In this document: positions 1-10,298 of the stretch, in pieces
Numbering within the stretch: position 1 is the first letter of the stretch
Layout of the letters: each line of letters begins with the position of its first letter
IMG/VR virus record: IMGVR_UViG_3300009164_000039
DNA: 64,000 nucleotides
Reading direction: 5' to 3' (one strand)
From: a virus
The notes under the pieces: generated by a model
Databases searched by the model: none
Told to the model about the DNA's origin: nothing
What the model saw: the letters and a program-made list of their open reading frames with translations, nothing else
Program-made: the position numbers and the translations under genes

Positions 1-1
1 T

Positions 2-1633
2 CTCACACAAGTTGCAGCCACTAATAATGTAACAGCCGCTCAATGGAACGGTCTCATACTGGCAACAAACAAAGCATTATATCACACAGGTGGTGCAAAC
101 GTTGCAGTGACTGGTGTGTCGGTTGGCACACCAATTGCCTATTACAGTGCTGTATCTACTGCGGTAACCACAGTGTGGAACAATGCCAACACTGGTTCGG
201 TAGGATTCACCACAGACGATGCGGCCTTGACATCAACCAACACCGTTACCTGGGCCAACAGCATTGGGTTCGTATACACTGTGGATTTTGGCAGTGCCGA
301 CGAAATGCGGTATTTTTTCAATGCTGGCGGGAAAATAAAATTCAGCCTCACTGGGCCTGCAGGCACAGGACGCAATCTAGATTGGCGAACACTTTGTACT
401 GCAATGGGTACCATAGTATTTGGATACAACACCACTACCAAATCTGGTGGGTCAGGTACTCCAGATACTCTACTAAGCACAGTAGGCAACGGTGGCTTCT
501 GGGGACCTCATACATCAGGAGTGGACCGAGAAGATTTCCAACAGACTTCCACAGGCACTGCATACACAACCAATTACATTGAAATTCTTACTAAAGTGTC
601 TGGTGTCACTGCTGGCAGCAGTGGCGGTAAAGGTACTAGATTGACTTTTACTATTAATCTGGTAGATGCTAATAGCAACATCTATCAACCTGCGGTGGCA
701 ACAGGCACAGTGGCCAGCATGGTGGTTGTTAGACCAACATCAAGTGCAGTGAGTGTGACAGGCCCCAGTGGCACTGGCGTGACCAAGACCACAGACGCCG
801 GTACTACCACAGCGTATGCGATTCCAACCGGAAGCCAAACGTTTACCACAGTCGGGGATACCACTTTTACTGTACCTGCCGATGTAACATCAGTTAGTGC
901 TTTTGTTGTTGCGCCTGGAGGATTTGCAGGTGCCACCGCAGGTGGTGGCGGTGGCGGCTCAGCTTACATAGGAACGGTCACAGTGACTCCGGGCCAAACT
1001 CTCTATGTCAGAGTAGGAGATAAAAATGCATCAGGTGCCAGCACTGCGTCGTTGTCTATAGTGTCAACTACTACACCAATTGACAGTTCACTTAATTATC
1101 TAGTTGCAACTGCTGGTGCAAGCACCGGCACCGGTAATGGTGGCTCTGGCGCAGGTGTTGGTGCGTTTGCCGCAGGTGTTGGTGCAAATGCTGGGCAAGG
1201 TGGGCAGAATCCTCTTGGTGGAGGAGGTGGCGCAGCGGGCTATGGTGGCACTGCTGGTAATGGTGGCTATCCATATGTAAGCGGAAACCAACAACTGCAA
1301 GGCGCTTATATCTATGGTGCTCAAGGTGGCGGCACCGGTGCTGGTGGTGGTGGCGGTGGTGTACTCTCTGCGTCAGCGGCTGGAGGTGGTGGTGGTGTGG
1401 GACTTAATGGAATTGGTACACCTGGTAGCAGTGGTGGCGGCACAAGTACACCGACCACTCAAACTGCTGGAACGCCCGGCGGCGGCGGATCTGGTGGTGC
1501 CAGTGGTAGTGTTAAAAATGGTGGAGACTTTGGTGGTGGTGGCGGCGGAACGGCTATCAGCGGCACACCTGGTGGCGGCGCCGTTAGAATAATCTGGGGG
1601 CCAAGCCGAAGTTACCCGAGCCAGGCAGCATAA
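2..1633 (+). CDS. Virion structural / tail-fibre-like protein with C-terminal glycine-rich domain (5'-truncated by window edge)
   Basis: Frame is open from position 2 (LTQVAATNNVTAAQWNG...) into ORF 107..1633; Thr/Ser/Gly-rich; RYFFNAGG segment and long GGGGG/GAGG tracts typical of phage virion fibre proteins. Confidence 0.7.
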   Translation, partial: LTQVAATNNVTAAQWNGLILATNKALYHTGGANVAVTGVSVGTPIAYYSAVSTAVTTVWNNANTGSVGFTTDDAALTSTNTVTWANSIGFVYTVDFGSADEMRYFFNAGGKIKFSLTGPAGTGRNLDWRTLCTAMGTIVFGYNTTTKSGGSGTPDTLLSTVGNGGFWGPHTSGVDREDFQQTSTGTAYTTNYIEILTKVSGVTAGSSGGKGTRLTFTINLVDANSNIYQPAVATGTVASMVVVRPTSSAVSVTGPSGTGVTKTTDAGTTTAYAIPTGSQTFTTVGDTTFTVPADVTSVSAFVVAPGGFAGATAGGGGGGSAYIGTVTVTPGQTLYVRVGDKNASGASTASLSIVSTTTPIDSSLNYLVATAGASTGTGNGGSGAGVGAFAAGVGANAGQGGQNPLGGGGGAAGYGGTAGNGGYPYVSGNQQLQGAYIYGAQGGGTGAGGGGGGVLSASAAGGGGGVGLNGIGTPGSSGGGTSTPTTQTAGTPGGGGSGGASGSVKNGGDFGGGGGGTAISGTPGGGAVRIIWGPSRSYPSQAA

Positions 1634-1642
1634 GGAACATGT

Positions 1643-1972
1643 ATGAAATTTGATATTACATTTATTAATCCGGTAGGTAATCCAGAAACATACGTTGCTA
1701 TTGAGGCTGAAAACGAACAAGCGGCTCGAGAAATGAAAGACAGCTTGTTGACAGCAGCCGGATCATTTTGGCCAGTTGATCAATGGACCATTGCATCAGT
1801 GGGACCCACACCAACTGAAACTCCGCCTGCTGATCCAACTCTGATGCCAATGTATTACCCAACAACTGAGCCAGTTCTAACTCTTGAGCAAATGATGGCC
1901 AAGCTGACTGCAGATTCACAAAAGGCCGCGGCAGCCCAACTTGCCGCACAACAAGCAAACCCACCAACTTGA
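1643..1972 (+). CDS. Hypothetical protein (possible fibre-associated/assembly protein)
   Basis: AAGGAA SD upstream of ATG; directly follows fibre gene; Pro/Thr-rich. Confidence 0.6.
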   Translation: MKFDITFINPVGNPETYVAIEAENEQAAREMKDSLLTAAGSFWPVDQWTIASVGPTPTETPPADPTLMPMYYPTTEPVLTLEQMMAKLTADSQKAAAAQLAAQQANPPT

Positions 1973-1978
1973 CATAGT

Positions 1979-2009
1979 TTTAAGATAGGGCACACTACTC
2001 TATCTTAAA
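1979..2009. other. 10-bp inverted repeat (TTTAAGATAG-N11-CTATCTTAAA) overlapping a TAAATA box
   Basis: Perfect inverted repeat read directly in the intergenic gap. Confidence 0.55.
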
Positions 2010-2011
2010 TA
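2006..2011 (+). promoter_or_regulatory. Putative late promoter TAAATA
   Basis: T4-late-like box 4 nt upstream of ATG 2016; TATCTTAAATAC 12-mer recurs at 25105..25116 (-). Confidence 0.6.
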
Positions 2012-2015
2012 CTGT

Positions 2016-2336
2016 ATGGATGTCAATAAACTAAAAATTCAAGCTGATCAGGCATTTGATCGAGACACTGCACGACTAGCACTAAAAGAAAAGATTGATG
2101 CACGACTGTGTGTGGCCATCAATGGCGGACTGTTTCGAGCCACGCCCGAACTCATTGCATTCCTCAGCACCTGGCCAATAGAAACTGTTTATCTCCAAGA
2201 CATACACGATCAGCCCATTGAACTAGATCGTGTGCTTGCGCTGGCCCAGCTGAGCCAAGCATATCAATATGCCATGAACTCCTGGCACGAAGAACACACT
2301 CAACAGCAAAAAATCAGGAAAGGTCGTCATGCGTGA
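2016..2336 (+). CDS. Hypothetical protein
   Basis: ORF at start of a tightly overlapping operon. Confidence 0.7.
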   Translation: MDVNKLKIQADQAFDRDTARLALKEKIDARLCVAINGGLFRATPELIAFLSTWPIETVYLQDIHDQPIELDRVLALAQLSQAYQYAMNSWHEEHTQQQKIRKGRHA

Positions 2337-3129
2337 TGGTGCTCTTGTATTTGCTCATGCCACCGCAGTAGACTATCTGCAAATGGCTCAGGTTGCGGCT
2401 CGACTAGTACGCAGGCATTTGAACATGCCTGTGTGCCTGGTAACAGATGGTGATGTTGAGTCCACAGCATTTGATCAAGTTGTGCATGTACCAAAACCCT
2501 TAGCAATGAATCAACGCAACTACTGGGTCAACGGTGTCAAAAAAACAGCACCCTGGTACAACAGTACCAGATCAATGGCGCTGGATCTGTCACCATGGGA
2601 TCGCACACTGTTGATTGATGCAGATTACTTTGTGATGTCTGACCAATTGAAACTGCTACAAAAAACAAATCTAGGTTTTGTGTGTTATACAAATGCACAT
2701 GACATTCGCGACAACAAACCAATTGATGTCAGTTGTGGCTATCGGCACATGGCCTGGGCCACAGTGTGTTGGTTTGATAGATCAGAGCATTCGCAAGGTG
2801 TGTTTGCCATGTGGAAGCACGTGGTAAAAAATTGGGCCTACTATAATCTTGCCAATGACTTTGGCAAACCGGGCTTGCGTAACGACCATGCGTTAACTAT
2901 TGCATTAGAAACAATGAGCGGACATTCTGCCACGTATCCAACCATACCAGGATCAATGGCCACAGTTGTACCCGGTACACAACTGTATGATATTAGAGCA
3001 GATGGCACAGTGTTATTCAAAACACATGATAAATTTTCATTAATCAAAAATCAAGACTTGCACATGGTAGACAAACAGATTGCATGCGACTCGCAATGGT
3101 TAGAATTGTTAGAGGCAGTTCATGCGTGA
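2329..3129 (+). CDS. Glycosyltransferase-like protein (GT-A fold)
   Basis: DRTLLIDADYFV DxD motif; DYLQMA...PVCLVTD N-terminal pattern. Confidence 0.65.
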   Translation: MRDGALVFAHATAVDYLQMAQVAARLVRRHLNMPVCLVTDGDVESTAFDQVVHVPKPLAMNQRNYWVNGVKKTAPWYNSTRSMALDLSPWDRTLLIDADYFVMSDQLKLLQKTNLGFVCYTNAHDIRDNKPIDVSCGYRHMAWATVCWFDRSEHSQGVFAMWKHVVKNWAYYNLANDFGKPGLRNDHALTIALETMSGHSATYPTIPGSMATVVPGTQLYDIRADGTVLFKTHDKFSLIKNQDLHMVDKQIACDSQWLELLEAVHA

Positions 3130-3994
3130 GTTTGCAGGAGAGCAAGGCTACTTGACATTTGCACAAAACACTGACACAGTTGACTATCTACGACTGGCAT
3201 ACGCACAAGCATTGAGTATCAAATGCACACAGAAGATCAACAGTTATGCAGTGATAGTTGATGCATACACAGCTGAACAAATACAACACTGCCATAGGAA
3301 AGTGTTTGACTACATCATAGTACTAGAGCAAGATGATGCCAAAGAACATGACTGGAAGCTGGCAAACGAATGGCAAGCATTTGATCTTACACCATTTAGA
3401 GAAACGGTCAAACTAGAATCCGACATATTGTTTACCAGGAACATTGACCATTGGTGGACAGGCATGCGATCACAAGAAGTCACATTCACTACCTGCATAC
3501 GCAACTATCGCGGCCAAGTAAGCAACAGTAGAGAATATAGAAGATTGTTTGATGAAAGCAATTTACCTGATATCTATACCGGCATGTTTTATTTTAGACA
3601 CAGTCAAACAGCACGTGATCTATTTAATGCAGCCGCCACAGTGTACCAGCAATGGCCCATGTTTAGGGACAGTGTGTTAACTAGATGCAATAGCAAACAC
3701 GCCTCAACAGACGAAGCCTTTGCAGTAGCCGCCAAATTAATCGGTGTAGAACGTGTGACTAATCCTGCACTTGATTATCCAAGTTTTGTGCATATGAAAG
3801 GTGCAGTCAATGGGTTGGGCGCAAATGACAAGTGGAATGAATTGTTGTTTCATCAATGGACAGATGAAATGGATCTAAGCATTGAGTTTCTTCGCCAACA
3901 GTATCCAGTACACTATTATCAAAAAGATTTTGTCACAGATAAAACAATAGGTGCATATGAACAAAGATTATCCAAACTTAATAACAGCGTTTGA
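3122..3994 (+). CDS. Glycosyltransferase-like protein, paralog of 2329..3129
   Basis: LTPFRETVKLESDIL aligns with LSPWDRTLLIDADY; late HMK motif. Confidence 0.6.
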   Translation: MREFAGEQGYLTFAQNTDTVDYLRLAYAQALSIKCTQKINSYAVIVDAYTAEQIQHCHRKVFDYIIVLEQDDAKEHDWKLANEWQAFDLTPFRETVKLESDILFTRNIDHWWTGMRSQEVTFTTCIRNYRGQVSNSREYRRLFDESNLPDIYTGMFYFRHSQTARDLFNAAATVYQQWPMFRDSVLTRCNSKHASTDEAFAVAAKLIGVERVTNPALDYPSFVHMKGAVNGLGANDKWNELLFHQWTDEMDLSIEFLRQQYPVHYYQKDFVTDKTIGAYEQRLSKLNNSV

Positions 3995-4304
3995 ATCCTC
4001 AACATGGCAACCACCGGTACCTGAATATCGGGTGTACTATGACAAGTCTGGAACCATAACAACCAAAACAACAGCACCATTGATAGGTGACTATATTGTG
4101 GTGTCTAGAGAAATGTATGACAGCATTGTGATGCACACACAGTGGCATGTGATAAATGGACAAGTTGAAATAAGACCGGTTGTGGAAATCCCACGTCATA
4201 TGTTACAATACACAGCTGAAGGCCCGTACCGATCACTGCCAGGAAATGCTATATTTTTGGTAGATGACGATTATGCTGGCTCCACTGATAATTGGACAAT
4301 ATGA
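3951..4304 (+). CDS. Hypothetical protein
   Basis: ORF overlapping both neighbours in operon. Confidence 0.6.
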   Translation: MHMNKDYPNLITAFESSTWQPPVPEYRVYYDKSGTITTKTTAPLIGDYIVVSREMYDSIVMHTQWHVINGQVEIRPVVEIPRHMLQYTAEGPYRSLPGNAIFLVDDDYAGSTDNWTI

Positions 4305-5191
4305 AAACTGTAGACATTGCAGACCTAGATGTAATTTTTCTAACCTACGACGAACCTCGCAGAGAAGAGTCATGGGCCAAAATCAAAAACATGGTACCTT
4401 GGGCCAAGCGTGTGGATGGCATAAAAGGCAGTGATGCCGCACACAAAGCCGCAGGTGCGGCCAGCGATACAGATCGCTTTATACTAATTGACGGCGACAA
4501 TATTCCTGACCCAGAGTTCTTTAACAAACAAATCACACTGGATCCACATCATGAAAGATGTGTGTTGCGTTGGAGAGCAAGAAACGCCATCAACGGACTC
4601 ATGTACGGCAATGGTGGACTCAGCTCGTGGACCAAAAGTTTTGTAGAAAGCATGCGCACACACGAAGCCACTGATGGTCGTAATGAAACACTGGTGGAGT
4701 TTTGCTTTGAACCTGACTACTGGGCCATGCATGACTGCTACTCAACCACGTATCCTAATGCCAGTCCATTTCAGGCCTGGCGAGCAGGCTTCCGTGAAGG
4801 TGTTAAAATGTGTCTGGATCGCGGAGCAAGACCCAACTTGGACGAGTTTGAAAAACGTGCCCACAATCGTAATCTTGATCATTTGACCATTTGGCAAAGT
4901 GTGGGTGCTGATGCAGAGAATGGCTTCTGGGCCATATACGGTGCTAGACGTGGCACACAAATGACCATGCTTACAGACTGGGATTACACCCAGGTACAAG
5001 ACTTTGATGAACTGGCAAAACTTTGGACTGTGTACCAAAATGACGGCCCTGACGAATGCACTGAAGTAGGCAACATGCTACGCAAACGCCTGGGACTTAA
5101 CATTGTGGATCTAGACCCCGAACCCAGTGCATTTTTCAAACATCACTACAAGTCAAATTTTGTCAATAGAGGAATAATGAGTCGTGAGTAA
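4292..5191 (+). CDS. Glycosyltransferase-like protein (GT-A-like)
   Basis: DVIFLTYDEP start, FILIDGDN DxD motif, AWRAGFREGVKM segment. Confidence 0.65.
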   Translation: MDNMKTVDIADLDVIFLTYDEPRREESWAKIKNMVPWAKRVDGIKGSDAAHKAAGAASDTDRFILIDGDNIPDPEFFNKQITLDPHHERCVLRWRARNAINGLMYGNGGLSSWTKSFVESMRTHEATDGRNETLVEFCFEPDYWAMHDCYSTTYPNASPFQAWRAGFREGVKMCLDRGARPNLDEFEKRAHNRNLDHLTIWQSVGADAENGFWAIYGARRGTQMTMLTDWDYTQVQDFDELAKLWTVYQNDGPDECTEVGNMLRKRLGLNIVDLDPEPSAFFKHHYKSNFVNRGIMSRE

Positions 5192-6566
5192 AAGTGATTT
5201 CATGACAGCCGCAGAACAAATGCGCCACACACTAGGCGAAGGTCTTTGCTTGGCCAAATGGAAACAGGTTAGCTTGCACTTGCCCACAGGATTGAACAAT
5301 TCATGCTATCATCCTCCACTACACAAGATTCCTGTGGAACTGCTAGCAGGCAATCCTGGCGCACTGCACAATACTCCACATAAAAAAGCTCAGCGCAAGA
5401 TCATGTTGAAACATGAACGTCCAGACGAGTGTAGTTACTGCTGGTCAGCAGAAGACAATGGACAACTCAGTGACAGGCACTACAGGTCAGGCGAGGAGTG
5501 GGCCGCAGAGGATCTTGACAAGATATTGGCCTCAACCGGAGACGAAGATGCATTACCTAGCTATGTGGAAGTTAATTTTAATCATGCTTGTAATCTTAAA
5601 TGTAGCTATTGCAGTCCGCAATTTAGTTCAAGCTGGGCCGCTGAAGTTGCACAACATGGCGGATTCCCTACGTCCAGCCCTCACAATAGTCCTGAGTATT
5701 TTACTGGTAGTCGTCGCCCTATTCCTGCCCGAGAACACAACCCCTACGTTGATACCTTCTGGGAATGGTGGCCAGAGCTGTACCCCAAGCTAAGACATTT
5801 TAGAATGACAGGTGGTGAGCCACTGATGGATCACAATACCTATCGTGTGTTTGAATACGTGCTGACCTTGCCGCATCCATTGTTGCATTTGGATGTGACC
5901 AGCAACTTCAGTGTGGAGCCTGTGTTGTTTGAAAAGTATCTTGGCTATGTCAAACAGTTATGCAACACACAGATTGAACACTTCATGCAGTATGTGAGCC
6001 TGGACACCTGGGGCAGTCAAGCAGAGTACATACGCAATGGCATGGACTTTGTGAGAGTGTGTGACTATGTGGAACGCTATTTAGAGGAAGTACCCAATCG
6101 CAACAGCCTTACGTTTATCATGACCATGAACAATCTCAGTGTCACGGGCATGCATGACATGCTGGATTGGATACTGGAACTACGTGCCAAGTACAGTAAA
6201 ACATATCAGCGTGTGTGGTTTGACACACCGTTGCTGAGACAACCACGTTGGCAAAGCCTGCAGATACTGCCGCCTGCGTATGCCAACAGAATGAAAATAA
6301 ACCTAGAGTTCATGCGAGCACACCTAATCACAGATGATAGTTTTGTGGGATTCAAAGATTATGAAATACAGCGCATGGAACGAGACATTGCCTGGATGAC
6401 TGAGCCACAAGACGCACAAGAAGTCAATCATGCACGTGCTGACTTCTATAGATTCTTCAACGAACACGACCGTAGACGCGGTACTAACTTTTTACAAACA
6501 TTTCCAGAGATGAGCCATTTCTGGTGGGAATGCAAACATCATGCCGAAACTGAACAACGAAACTGA
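5184..6566 (+). CDS. Radical SAM protein 1 (N-terminal Cys/His auxiliary domain)
   Basis: CNLKCSYC motif, TGGEPL; N-terminal CLAKW..SCYHP..CSYCW. Confidence 0.9.
   Translation: MSKSDFMTAAEQMRHTLGEGLCLAKWKQVSLHLPTGLNNSCYHPPLHKIPVELLAGNPGALHNTPHKKAQRKIMLKHERPDECSYCWSAEDNGQLSDRHYRSGEEWAAEDLDKILASTGDEDALPSYVEVNFNHACNLKCSYCSPQFSSSWAAEVAQHGGFPTSSPHNSPEYFTGSRRPIPAREHNPYVDTFWEWWPELYPKLRHFRMTGGEPLMDHNTYRVFEYVLTLPHPLLHLDVTSNFSVEPVLFEKYLGYVKQLCNTQIEHFMQYVSLDTWGSQAEYIRNGMDFVRVCDYVERYLEEVPNRNSLTFIMTMNNLSVTGMHDMLDWILELRAKYSKTYQRVWFDTPLLRQPRWQSLQILPPAYANRMKINLEFMRAHLITDDSFVGFKDYEIQRMERDIAWMTEPQDAQEVNHARADFYRFFNEHDRRRGTNFLQTFPEMSHFWWECKHHAETEQRN
5548..5793 (+). CDS. Putative overprinted 2-TM membrane protein (81 aa) in +1 frame of radical SAM 1
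   Basis: GGAG 6 nt upstream of ATG 5548; two hydrophobic helices; host frame locally shifts to T-ending codons. Confidence 0.45.
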   Translation: MHYLAMWKLILIMLVILNVAIAVRNLVQAGPLKLHNMADSLRPALTIVLSILLVVVALFLPENTTPTLIPSGNGGQSCTPS

Positions 6567-7896
6567 TATAGAATTCAAACGCAGAGTGATTGACATCAAG
6601 TCAACCAGCTTCTGCGGAGCCAAATGGTACAATGCTACCATATGGTTGGGTAGTGGACAAACAACCAGCTGCCACCACCCACCTGCACACTCAATTGACT
6701 TGCAAGAAATAAAAACCAATCCTGCCGCACTGCACAATACCACTCGTAAAAAAGCTGATCGTGAAATGATGCAAAAAGGTGAACGCCCAGCAGGCTGTGA
6801 ATACTGCTGGAAGATAGAAGACATGGGCCCTGAGTCTGTCAGTGACCGTGTGTACAAAACTGTAATACATTCCGAGGAGGACCTAAATGTTGCATTTGCC
6901 AGACCCAGCTACACAGACTTCAACCTTCGCACGTTGGAAATTGCGTTTGACAGAACTTGTCAGTTCGCTTGTTCTTATTGCAACCCTGCTTTTAGTAGCA
7001 CATGGGTTAAGGACATTGGTAATAACGGGCCATACACAGGATTGGTATCTGACGGCAGGAACCATTTTACTCACGCTCATGATAGTAGTCAACTGTATAA
7101 ATTCAATGAAGTTAATCCGTACGTGGAAGCATTCTTCCAGTGGTGGGAAACAGATCTCCACCAGACACTAACAGAGCTTCGCATCACCGGAGGCGAGCCA
7201 CTCATGTCAGGCTACACCTGGCAGCTGATTGACTGGTTCAAAGCCAATCAAGGCAAGAGCCATACCAAACTGGCCATCAACAGCAATCTTGGCATGGAGC
7301 CGGTCAAGATGCTGGATTTTATTCGGCGTGTGGAAGGTATTCCGCATCTGGAAATCTACACCAGCAACGAAGCACTGGGCGCACAAGCAGAGTATATTCG
7401 TGACGGATTGAATTACCGGCAATGGCTCAGCAACATGGAGATGTTGATCAATTCAGGCGCAGTAAATCAAATGCATGTGATGTGTACAGTCAATGCATTG
7501 TGTCTGGAAAGCCTGCCTGAATTTTTAGATGAATTGGTTGTGTTGAAGAAAAAGTACAGCAGAGACTTTCCTAACTTCACGTTGAACATCTTGCGTTTTC
7601 CTAGTTTTCAAAGTCCACTGGTATTACCATATGAGATTAGACAAAAGCATGCAGACCGCCTGGCACAGTTTTTGGTACGCCACAAAGGACAAAACTACTT
7701 GCATGAGCATGAGATAAACCACGTGGAACGTCTAGTAAAGTATTTGCTTGAAGTAGATACACCTCATGCAGAAGCATTTGAAATGCCTAAATTGTTGAAT
7801 GACTTCCGACAGTTTTATATCCAATATGATCAGCGCCGCGGAAAAAACTTTGTAAATACATTCCCGGCTCTCAAGGATTGGTATGAAACACTCTAA
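6541..7896 (+). CDS. Radical SAM protein 2, paralog of protein 1
   Basis: CQFACSYC, TGGEPL; N-terminal CGAKW..SCHHP..CEYCW. Confidence 0.9.
   Translation: MPKLNNETDIEFKRRVIDIKSTSFCGAKWYNATIWLGSGQTTSCHHPPAHSIDLQEIKTNPAALHNTTRKKADREMMQKGERPAGCEYCWKIEDMGPESVSDRVYKTVIHSEEDLNVAFARPSYTDFNLRTLEIAFDRTCQFACSYCNPAFSSTWVKDIGNNGPYTGLVSDGRNHFTHAHDSSQLYKFNEVNPYVEAFFQWWETDLHQTLTELRITGGEPLMSGYTWQLIDWFKANQGKSHTKLAINSNLGMEPVKMLDFIRRVEGIPHLEIYTSNEALGAQAEYIRDGLNYRQWLSNMEMLINSGAVNQMHVMCTVNALCLESLPEFLDELVVLKKKYSRDFPNFTLNILRFPSFQSPLVLPYEIRQKHADRLAQFLVRHKGQNYLHEHEINHVERLVKYLLEVDTPHAEAFEMPKLLNDFRQFYIQYDQRRGKNFVNTFPALKDWYETL
6887..7171 (+). CDS. Putative overprinted 2-TM membrane protein (94 aa) in +1 frame of radical SAM 2
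   Basis: GAGGAGG at 6874..6880, 6 nt before ATG; two hydrophobic segments. Confidence 0.5.
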   Translation: MLHLPDPATQTSTFARWKLRLTELVSSLVLIATLLLVAHGLRTLVITGHTQDWYLTAGTILLTLMIVVNCINSMKLIRTWKHSSSGGKQISTRH

Positions 7897-9097
7897 GACA
7901 TTTTGCATATTGCCATGGATACATCTTCATGCATTCCCTGATGGCCGTGCGTATCCTTGTTGTATGGGAGAATATCACTCACCCATTGGCGATCTTAAAA
8001 CACACACAATGGAGCAGGTGTGGAATCAAGCGCCACTAGCTACCATGCGAAAGAACATGCTACAGAATGTCAAGTCCAAAGAGTGTGTCAAATGCTATGA
8101 GCTAGAAGAAAATGGTTTTGTCGGCATGCGACAAAGCATGAACCGTGCGTTTGCACATCACATGCCATTGGCAGATCAAACACTTCCTGATGGCACACTG
8201 CCTGACTTTCGACTACGCTACTATGACATTAGATTTAGTAATCTGTGTAATTTCCGTTGCCGCAGTTGTGGCAGTGTGTTTTCCAGCAACTGGTATGATG
8301 ACGAAGTTGCCGCACATGGTCAAGTACAGCATCCCAAGATCATGTTTGCTGGCCAACACAAACAAGACATGTGGGAGCAAATGCAACCGCATATACCACA
8401 TCTAGAACAAGTGTACTTTGCAGGCGGCGAACCCTTGATCATGGAAGAACATTATCGTGTGCTAAAAGAACTAGTACAGAGAGAAATGTTTGATGTCAGA
8501 CTGGTATACAACACCAACTTTAGTGAATTAGATTTCAAAGATGAAAGTGTACTGGAGTTATGGAAACTGTTTAAGAATGTCAGCGTTGGTGCTAGTCTAG
8601 ACGCCAGCGGCACACGAGCAGAGTACATTCGCAAAGGCACAGTATGGCACAAGATTGTACACAATAGAGAACGCATGTTGTCTGTGTGCCCTCAAGTTGA
8701 CTTCTATATAAGTAGTACCGTGGGCATACTAAATGTATGGCACTTGCCAGACTTTCATCGTGAATGGGTTGACTTGGGATTGATACGCCCGCAAGATTTC
8801 AACATCAACATGTTACAATCACCTGAATGGCAACGTGCAAATCATCTGTCACCGGAGTTGAAACAACAAGTGAAAGAACGCATACACAATCACCTTGAGT
8901 GGCTTGGTCCATTGGATCACATGAATCGTGCAACCAATGGTTATCGGAGTATTATAAAGTTTATTGATCAACCTGCTGATGCAGATCAACTAAAAGAGTT
9001 TTTTAGAGAAACTGATCAATTTGATCAAATACGCAATGAGAGTTTTGATGCTACCTTTCCTGAACTGACTGGATTGAGAGACCATGCTACCAAATAA
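7883..9097 (+). CDS. Radical SAM protein 3 with N-terminal SPASM/Twitch-like domain
   Basis: CNFRCRSC, AGGEPL; CILPW..YPCC..CVKC. Confidence 0.9.
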   Translation: MKHSKTFCILPWIHLHAFPDGRAYPCCMGEYHSPIGDLKTHTMEQVWNQAPLATMRKNMLQNVKSKECVKCYELEENGFVGMRQSMNRAFAHHMPLADQTLPDGTLPDFRLRYYDIRFSNLCNFRCRSCGSVFSSNWYDDEVAAHGQVQHPKIMFAGQHKQDMWEQMQPHIPHLEQVYFAGGEPLIMEEHYRVLKELVQREMFDVRLVYNTNFSELDFKDESVLELWKLFKNVSVGASLDASGTRAEYIRKGTVWHKIVHNRERMLSVCPQVDFYISSTVGILNVWHLPDFHREWVDLGLIRPQDFNINMLQSPEWQRANHLSPELKQQVKERIHNHLEWLGPLDHMNRATNGYRSIIKFIDQPADADQLKEFFRETDQFDQIRNESFDATFPELTGLRDHATK

Positions 9098-10298
9098 CAA
9101 TATATGTGTGCTACCGTGGATGAGCATAGAAGTAACCCCAATGGGTAACAGTCGCCCGTGTTGTTTGGCCATTGATGAAATACCAGACAACACTGGTAAA
9201 TCCTACGACCTTACCGCAGTGCCTATTCGTGAAGTATATCACAGCAAATACATGCAGGATCTAAGGCAACAGTTTCGTGCAGGAGAAAAACCCAGCACAT
9301 GCACACGATGCTGGACAGAAGAATCTGCAGGACGTACCAGCAAACGTATGAACATGTTGGCCAAATTCAACAATGATATCCAATCAATTGAATGGGACAC
9401 AGACACCCCTGAACAATTATGGTTCTTGGATCTTAAACTAGGCAACATCTGTAATCTCAAATGTCGTATCTGTGGATCCTGGAGCAGTAGTAAATGGGCA
9501 CAAGAAGAACTAGACTACTACCCAACAGCCACTAGAGAAGAACGCAAAAAACATTCAGCGTATGTATGGCTACGTCAGGGTCAGTGGCCACGTGAAAGCA
9601 TTGACTTTTGGAACAACATTGATCAAGTGCTGCCTGGTGTGCGCTACTATGAATTTACCGGTGGCGAACCATTCTTGATTCAAGAACATTTTGATTTGTT
9701 ACAACGCACAGTAGATCAAGGCTATGCATATCTTGTGGATGTACACTACAACACCAATGGCACACAGTATCCAGAAGCCGCAGTGGAGATGTGGAAAAAG
9801 TTCAAGCATGTGAACATTGCATTCAGCATTGACGATCTTGGCGCACGATTTGAATATCAGCGTTATGGCGCCAACTGGGCAGAAGTGGAACAAAATCTAG
9901 ACCGTTACTTAGAGTTAAGCAAAACACACACCAACATCACGCTACAAATGTGTATAACTGCAAATATACAAAACGTATTGTACTTGCCTGAAGTCATGGA
10001 CCATGTGTGGGCAAAAGGTTTTCGTGACGTATACATCAACATGTTACATGATCCAATTCAACTCAACATCAAGCAAATGACTCCAGTGGCGATTGAACTG
10101 GTATGTAACAGACTAAATCAAGTTCCGACCAGCAACAGATTCTATCGTGATTTCCAACAGTTAATAACGGTGATACAAACAGGTACTGGTAGTGATGGTC
10201 AAGAGTTTTGCAAAACTATCAAACAAGGTGACGTGTATCGCAAACAAAATTTTGCTGACCATCACCCAGACATAGCAAAGGCCATGGGATATGAATAA
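9084..10298 (+). CDS. Radical SAM protein 4 with N-terminal SPASM/Twitch-like domain
   Basis: CNLKCRIC, TGGEPF; CVLPW..RPCC..CTRC. Confidence 0.9.
   Translation: MLPNNNICVLPWMSIEVTPMGNSRPCCLAIDEIPDNTGKSYDLTAVPIREVYHSKYMQDLRQQFRAGEKPSTCTRCWTEESAGRTSKRMNMLAKFNNDIQSIEWDTDTPEQLWFLDLKLGNICNLKCRICGSWSSSKWAQEELDYYPTATREERKKHSAYVWLRQGQWPRESIDFWNNIDQVLPGVRYYEFTGGEPFLIQEHFDLLQRTVDQGYAYLVDVHYNTNGTQYPEAAVEMWKKFKHVNIAFSIDDLGARFEYQRYGANWAEVEQNLDRYLELSKTHTNITLQMCITANIQNVLYLPEVMDHVWAKGFRDVYINMLHDPIQLNIKQMTPVAIELVCNRLNQVPTSNRFYRDFQQLITVIQTGTGSDGQEFCKTIKQGDVYRKQNFADHHPDIAKAMGYE

Noticed and set aside
43-582. 179-aa ORF overlapping the fibre gene
   Set aside because: Alternative frame of a long, open, compositionally typical fibre CDS; no SD or protein-like features
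8145-8405. +1-frame ORF with one hydrophobic stretch inside radical SAM 3
   Set aside because: No SD at candidate starts and only one short TM; may simply reflect T-ending codons at the RFSNLCNF motif, so treated as a control for the nested-ORF claims
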